Shown: one piece after another, positions 36,701-40,696 of the stretch
How the letters are laid out: each line of letters opens with the position of its first letter
How positions within the stretch are numbered: position 1 is the stretch's first letter
IMG/VR virus record: IMGVR_UViG_3300046063_000041
Span: 1-40,696 of that record
Length of the DNA stretch: 40,696 nt
Strand: one strand, 5' to 3'
Origin: a virus
Lineage: Duplodnaviria > Caudoviricetes
The notes under the pieces: generated by a model
Databases searched by the model: none
The model's input: the letters and a program-made list of their open reading frames with translations, nothing else
What the model was told of the DNA's origin: nothing
Position numbers and translations under genes: made by a program

Positions 36701-36784
36701 CTGCCAGACGCAGCAGGCATGATCCGGTGGACAGGGTCAGACTTTGAGGGATACGACGGTAGCAGTTGGGTCAGCCTAACCTAG
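33701..36784 (+). CDS. Tailspike with right-handed beta-helix (pectate-lyase-like), putative depolymerase
   Basis: DNTAALQKAVD...LQLPPG start; many xxxN-xI/GI beta-helix rungs. Confidence 0.85.
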   Translation: MAFESGSTLGLSKERTVVAASRPPATGGGVSRERVFASRFGLSKSSDNTAALQKAVDEAAARGADLQLPPGTLPVEGGPITITSSLSVIGNQTTIDKTADKEEAVFQPNGAEEVRFRGIEIDGPGKEPEGDPPRQRQLGIQVIDCGRIYVERCTFRNLPTGIIANGVDSMNVVRCHFEDMFTGATDDGERGWGVLFSGTTGAGKFANNGHVYACTFVNVPRHCIYFSDKVSGGSVYGCKIQYDKTYDGGAANEPSEPREAIQVNTGSSSGENKGVTLQRNWIDYRGAEGTFNGAIRLFRIQGSELYHHRVADNHILGGQIKVVGKHHQIDGNHIKDSPEHGVALGAGAENCRVTGNFIIGPAQQGIRTENTEDTLISENVIQSTGGIGINTQNSGGEEGVITDNHVIEAGDDGIRVASRVKTTITDNFIREPNDHGIRADFSSDGSTIQGNTVVGANQSELDYSSIIVDDSEDVTVTNNRVRHGSRFRTEVVGIDTGNDEIEVEADITSELSSGDTIRLNNHPTHSGKHDLNGSPSLSGGNTLLPVGTDLTDGTAQGNVSDPDAPLYGVRIESGASNCVVTNNDLRRSGVRFPFFDDSGDTLKNPQNQLDQNQVLDAGGFPLTTKISDQPDQFGKVGDVLLGFGRRLTKTAGDTGQEENWRLATLPASGSDTGDLIVVELTGGQFASDEHIQQSIRFANKNGFEAYTDYHFGKWLEETNSAHITAYEQPDGSVDIFLTLPADNYKGGSVVVREGSGVIRERPTVYKNPEDAGTTPPGTKVFSSLDESPQFVVDNARNIGIGGVPEPNFSADVKGGARWRDSGSEPTGNGELRRDGPDVKVYSGGEVVNLSTVVDGSTPTTFSASVAIDDTLIFADQGADPSSNGEMQRDGADVKVYSGGEVRNLSETVDTGTPTTFEEGVTINDTAGLTVQDGSGSDRAVVQAVGGDGIFSLYDDNGNNWVSLANGLSDFIDSDALAVGQSSAGDATLDVNGALKVGSEELPDAAGMIRWTGSDFEGYDGSSWVSLT
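36182..36450 (+). repeat. Duplicated module within the tailspike, 165-bp spacing
   Basis: NGELRRDGPDVKVYSGGEVVNLS..TPTTF / NGEMQRDGADVKVYSGGEVRNLS..TPTTF. Confidence 0.85.
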
Positions 36785-36786
36785 AT

Positions 36787-36975
36787 ATGGACACGCAAGA
36801 ACTCCCCAACCAGACACAGAAGCGGCTCCTTGCGCTTCAGCAACGGATGCGGGACATCATGCGGACGGCGCTAGAGGTGCGGGGCCTTGATCCGCAAAAG
36901 TATGCGGTAGACATCGAGGAGGGGTACATCAGGCCAATACAATCAGAACATGACCCTGAAGAAGAGACCGCATAG
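36787..36975 (+). CDS. Small protein, possible spike chaperone
   Basis: 62 aa directly after the tailspike. Confidence 0.6.
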   Translation: MDTQELPNQTQKRLLALQQRMRDIMRTALEVRGLDPQKYAVDIEEGYIRPIQSEHDPEEETA

Positions 36976-37097
36976 ACGGGGCACATCCGCGACGGGCATG
37001 CGTACAGGCACATAAATTGCACAATGTGCGGTTGATATGGCCAAAGACAGCACCGCGACCGAATAAACGCTTCTCAGTCTCAGCAACCTGTTGAACC

Positions 37098-38756
37098 ATG
37101 GCCTACGACTTTTCCGACTGGTTCCCCCCGACCGCGCTCTCGGTGTCCATCGCGCCAGGCGACACGACCATTCAGGTCGACACGCTCACCAGCGAGTTTG
37201 TCAATGAGGTGCAGGCGGGGGGGCGCTTCCCGCTTCGCATCGGACGCGGGACTGCCGCCGAGCGGGTGGTCGTCACCGCTGTCGCCGATGCCTCGAGCAA
37301 TAAGCTCACGGTCGAGCGCGGCGTCGACGGCTTTTCGGCGACGTCCCACAACGCTAAGGTGCGCGTCGCTCACGCCGCTCCTGCAAAAGAGATCCAGCGC
37401 CCAACACCTACATTCCACACGACTCTTGCGGAATCTGGTGCTCGTGTGCTTGTTGAGTTTGGAGTCGAAAACGGTGCCATCTACGATGTCACTGATCAGT
37501 CTACGCTTTTTGAGGATAGTGCAGGCACCACGCAGGCATCCGTGGGCGGTCCGGTGGGGCGCGTGGAAGATGTCTCGGGGAACGGGCACCACGCCACGCA
37601 GAGCACGACTGCGGATAAACCCAGGCTGCGACAGGATGTAAACGGTCGCCTGTACCTCGAATACGCGTTTGGCGACAGCTTGGATACTGGACTCCAGTCC
37701 AGCAAGATGGCCGAGGCGTACGCGCTGCCATCTATTGGAGGAGCCACGCTACGCCACGAGGGCAAGAGCGCGACACTCAAGATTCGGCGTACGACCGGTC
37801 CGATAGTCGTTGTGGACTCGGAGGTGGCCGACGACACCGCTAGCGCCCTCGCAGATTACTACGAGGCTGAGGCGCATGAATATGCAGACGGAGAAGTCAC
37901 GAGCATCAAAAACCACCTGCGTGACCACAGCGATGTGGTCGATGCGCCCGGCATGAACGGGTGGGACGTCTCGAGCGTCACGAACGTGCGGGCCGTGTTC
38001 CTGGGCGCTTCTAGCTTCAATCAAGATATCGGCGCGTGGGACACGAGCCAGGTGACGAACATGGGCTACATGTTCAGCGACGCCTCTAGCTTCAACCAGA
38101 ACATTGGCGCTTGGGATGTCTCCAGCGTGACGAACGTGCGGGCCATGTTCCGCGGCGCCAACAGCTTCAACCAGGACATTGGCGGGTGGGATGTCTCCAG
38201 TGTGACGGACATGAACCGCGTGTTCCGGGGCGCCTCTAGCTTCAACCAGGACATCGGCGGGTGGGATGTCTCCAGCGTAACGAACATGGGTAGCATGTTC
38301 TGGGGCGCTTCTAGCTTCAACCAGGACATCGGCGCGTGGGACACGAGCCAGGTGAGGAACATGCGCCGCATGTTCCGCGGCGCCAACAGCTTCAACCAGG
38401 ACATTGGCGGGTGGGACGTCTCCAGCGTGGGGGCCATGTTCCACATGTTCTTAGGTGCCACCAGTTTCAACCAAGATATCGCGGCGTGGGATGTCTCCAA
38501 CCTCAGAAGAGTGGAGCGGATTTTTGAGAATACCAGCATGGCGTTCGGCGCGAATACCGATCCGCTCGATGCAACTTTGATCGGCTGGACAGACGGGTCG
38601 CCTGCCCTGAGCACTTTTGAGACGGGGGCAATCTTGGGCCTCAACGTAAGCGCCAAAAGCGACCTCTCAACAGACGGGCAGACAGCGGTGGACGACCTCT
38701 GCACCGACCCGCCGAACTGGACCGTCAAGAACAACTCACAAAACTCCATCTGCTAA
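37098..38756 (+). CDS. BspA/DUF285 repeat protein with virion-anchor-like N-terminus
   Basis: [18 protein letters not shown]-domain; [11 protein letters not shown] domain; [24 protein letters not shown] repeats. Confidence 0.88.
   Translation: MAYDFSDWFPPTALSVSIAPGDTTIQVDTLTSEFVNEVQAGGRFPLRIGRGTAAERVVVTAVADASSNKLTVERGVDGFSATSHNAKVRVAHAAPAKEIQRPTPTFHTTLAESGARVLVEFGVENGAIYDVTDQSTLFEDSAGTTQASVGGPVGRVEDVSGNGHHATQSTTADKPRLRQDVNGRLYLEYAFGDSLDTGLQSSKMAEAYALPSIGGATLRHEGKSATLKIRRTTGPIVVVDSEVADDTASALADYYEAEAHEYADGEVTSIKNHLRDHSDVVDAPGMNGWDVSSVTNVRAVFLGASSFNQDIGAWDTSQVTNMGYMFSDASSFNQNIGAWDVSSVTNVRAMFRGANSFNQDIGGWDVSSVTDMNRVFRGASSFNQDIGGWDVSSVTNMGSMFWGASSFNQDIGAWDTSQVRNMRRMFRGANSFNQDIGGWDVSSVGAMFHMFLGATSFNQDIAAWDVSNLRRVERIFENTSMAFGANTDPLDATLIGWTDGSPALSTFETGAILGLNVSAKSDLSTDGQTAVDDLCTDPPNWTVKNNSQNSIC
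37959..38537 (+). repeat. 75-bp coding tandem repeat, 7 full copies plus 1 partial
   Basis: Recurring AGCTTCAACCAGGACAT and TGGGA(T/C)GTCTC units. Confidence 0.92.
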
Positions 38757-38768
38757 CGCATCCTTACC

Positions 38769-39137
38769 ATGCCTTGGACCGACCGCGTACAGATCGCTGC
38801 ACCTGCAGACCTCAAGCAGGAGGCCAATCGTCTCGCTTTCTTAATTGACCCGGACGTTGGGGGCGACCAGACATTTGAAGGTGAGGCTACGCATTCCAAG
38901 GACGGCAGTGCCCCGGCCACGCACATCGTGGCGAACACGCAGCTACAGCAAGACACGTACGATCTGCTTACGACGGCAGGGCCGATGGAGATTATGGATC
39001 ATATTCAGGCGCTCGCTGACGAGCGGAAGCGGGAGATGCCGGGCTGGAGCGCGTCAAAGATTGAAAACGTGATCGCGGAGGTAGAGGTGGGTGCGGGATA
39101 TGAGGAGGTGCAGGAGGTTGATACGGAGTTTGTGTGA
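38769..39137 (+). CDS. Hypothetical tail-associated protein
   Basis: 122 aa acidic ORF. Confidence 0.7.
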   Translation: MPWTDRVQIAAPADLKQEANRLAFLIDPDVGGDQTFEGEATHSKDGSAPATHIVANTQLQQDTYDLLTTAGPMEIMDHIQALADERKREMPGWSASKIENVIAEVEVGAGYEEVQEVDTEFV

Positions 39138-39191
39138 TGTGGGGGTGTCGTCCCCCTGCGAAACGATGCCACCGAATTCACCAGAGATGAC

Positions 39192-39662
39192 GTGATGCAG
39201 CAGTTTATTGGCGGCACCATCTGGTACCGGGACCGCAACTCCCTTGATCAAGTGGCGGTGGGAGAAGGCGCGCGCCTTGACGCGATTTCGGCCATCGGCA
39301 CCACAAGCGCTGGTGAAGCCATTGCTGGCGGCGTATCGGCTGTAGCCCAAGCCGCCGCCACAGAAGGGCAGTTGGGCGCGGGCGCGGTATCTGTAAAGGG
39401 GGTCTCGGCTGTGGCTGATGTGCAGACGACTAAAGGAAAAACCACAGCGTCAGAAGCGCCCACAGAAGGCACAGGTGCTGTGGCCCACGCTCGCGTCGCG
39501 GTAGGAGAGGCAAAGGCAGCCGCAGTGACAGTCGAGGGCGTGCCCGCCGTGATTGAGGCGATCGCAGCAGAGGGCACCGCCCGCGCGGCTGTGACTATCA
39601 CAAAGGCCAAAGAGGTTGAGCCACTGATTTCCACGCGCGTGAAACAAGCCGACCTATTATGA
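39192..39662 (+). CDS. Ala/Val/Gly-rich fibre-like protein; start uncertain
   Basis: Degenerate GVSAVA repeats; stop overlaps the next start. Confidence 0.6.
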   Translation: MMQQFIGGTIWYRDRNSLDQVAVGEGARLDAISAIGTTSAGEAIAGGVSAVAQAAATEGQLGAGAVSVKGVSAVADVQTTKGKTTASEAPTEGTGAVAHARVAVGEAKAAAVTVEGVPAVIEAIAAEGTARAAVTITKAKEVEPLISTRVKQADLL

Positions 39663-39982
39663 TCAATATCACCCCCAGTACCTCGGCGGAGCAGGAAGTG
39701 AATGTCGGTGACAAGGTGCGCCTTCGATGGCGGCTCGACGCGCAGGTAAACCCGAAAGACTTGACCTTCACTGTTCTCGATACGACAAACAAAGAACTGG
39801 CGACCTTTTCAGGCGCGGAGATCACCGAGGAAGAGGTCCAAGAAGATGGCAAGGTCTTCTTCGAATATGCGGCAGAGCACGTTGTGGAGCGCCGCTTCGA
39901 GCTCTACGAGTTTGCCTTGGACGACGGCATGCAGACAGCACTCGACACCGCAAAGCTATCTGCTAAACAACGACTGACATAG
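39659..39982 (+). CDS. Hypothetical beta-rich virion protein
   Basis: 107 aa, ATGA coupling to the previous gene. Confidence 0.65.
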   Translation: MINITPSTSAEQEVNVGDKVRLRWRLDAQVNPKDLTFTVLDTTNKELATFSGAEITEEEVQEDGKVFFEYAAEHVVERRFELYEFALDDGMQTALDTAKLSAKQRLT

Positions 39983-39984
39983 AC

Positions 39985-40461
39985 ATGAGTACACTATTCC
40001 AGAAAGGAACCCGCGAGATTGCTCAGCAGAACCTCGACGTGGAGGGCAGCACAGAAGTTGTGCTGATCCCGATGTCGACATCGTACTCGCCCGACCCGGA
40101 GGCGCAGCAGTACATTGCCGACGTAAGCGCGGATGAACTCGACGCCGATGGCTACGCGCAGGGGCACGGCTCAAGCGACCGGCAGACGCCCTCAAACCGC
40201 TCATGGGACCGCAACGACGGCGCGAGCCCATCGCAGCTAGAATTGCAGTTTGATGACGTGACGTGGGCGGACCTCGGGGGCGGCGTGTCGGGCAATAACG
40301 ATGTGATGGGCGGCGTGATTTTGGCCGAGGAGCGGACAGATGATTCCGACTCGCCGATCATTGGGTTTGATACATTGGCCGACGATCGGGCGACCAACGG
40401 GTCGGACATAACATACTCGACGAACACTGACGGCATGATCCAGCTCGTGACCAATCCGTAA
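39985..40461 (+). CDS. Putative minor tail/fibre-associated protein
   Basis: DELDADGYAQG, FDDVTW, TNGSDIT motifs typical of phage minor structural proteins. Confidence 0.65.
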   Translation: MSTLFQKGTREIAQQNLDVEGSTEVVLIPMSTSYSPDPEAQQYIADVSADELDADGYAQGHGSSDRQTPSNRSWDRNDGASPSQLELQFDDVTWADLGGGVSGNNDVMGGVILAEERTDDSDSPIIGFDTLADDRATNGSDITYSTNTDGMIQLVTNP

Positions 40462-40508
40462 GCTGATCTCTCTGATCTTTTGAGGTGAGGGGCATCCGTG
40501 GCGATGGC

Positions 40509-40696
40509 TCAGAAAAGGTCCTCGTGCTGGTCGTCAAGCTCCTCGTCGCGAATGGAGCGGAGATAGTGTTCGGTAGTTGAAAGGTCTTTGTGGTCGAGGG
40601 CCGCGTTGATCTCCTGAATGGACCACCCCGCATCAAGCATCCGCTGCGCGGCGGAGTGGCGGGCGACGTGCGTGGACAACTTCACATCCAACCCCG
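40509..40696 (-). CDS. int: Tyrosine integrase, C-terminal part (5' end outside the window)
   Basis: HVARHS, LDHKDLSTTEHY catalytic motifs. Confidence 0.9.
   Translation of the reverse strand, partial: GLDVKLSTHVARHSAAQRMLDAGWSIQEINAALDHKDLSTTEHYLRSIRDEELDDQHEDLF

Larger units (their letters stand above)
1..40696. mobile_element. Temperate siphovirus-like prophage/phage region; both ends extend beyond or are not resolved in the window
   Basis: Repressor, lysis, terminase, portal, capsid, tail, tape measure and integrase genes in modular order. Confidence 0.95.

Noticed and set aside
37959-38537. CRISPR array or DGR template/variable repeat
   Set aside because: Repeats are in-frame coding units without spacers; no reverse transcriptase or cas gene in the window; variation is not obviously adenine-restricted
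40462-40508. att site between the last tail gene and the integrase
   Set aside because: Only a short CTGATCT direct repeat; I found no matching core elsewhere in the window

Overview
The window is most of a temperate, long-tailed (siphovirus-like) phage or prophage. High GC, very acidic structural proteins and Bacteroidota/Rhodothermota-style lysis and tail proteins suggest a halophilic host such as Salinibacter (inference). Left to right: (1) leftward early operon of small ORFs with an unusual tRNA-Ile(UAU), a class II tRNA-like RNA with an expanded anticodon domain, a CII-like protein and a ribbon-helix-helix regulator (112-3349); (2) divergent LexA/CI-like S24 repressor followed by a lower-GC, translationally coupled three-gene membrane cassette that is a defence or exclusion candidate (3451-5869); (3) second leftward operon with a degenerate-HNH multi-HTH protein and a repeated structured intergenic element (6805-9761); (4) AT-rich divergent control region; (5) atypical lysis module (multi-TM CHAP endolysin, holin candidates, beta-barrel-like protein, HTH-metallophosphoesterase, spanin-like protein); (6) ParB-methyltransferase, terminases, portal, head, neck and tail genes, interrupted by two antisense inserts with structured leaders; (7) tape measure, hub, beta-helix tailspike and a BspA/DUF285 repeat protein; (8) the 3' end of a tyrosine integrase. 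All family assignments are from motif recognition by eye; no searches were run.
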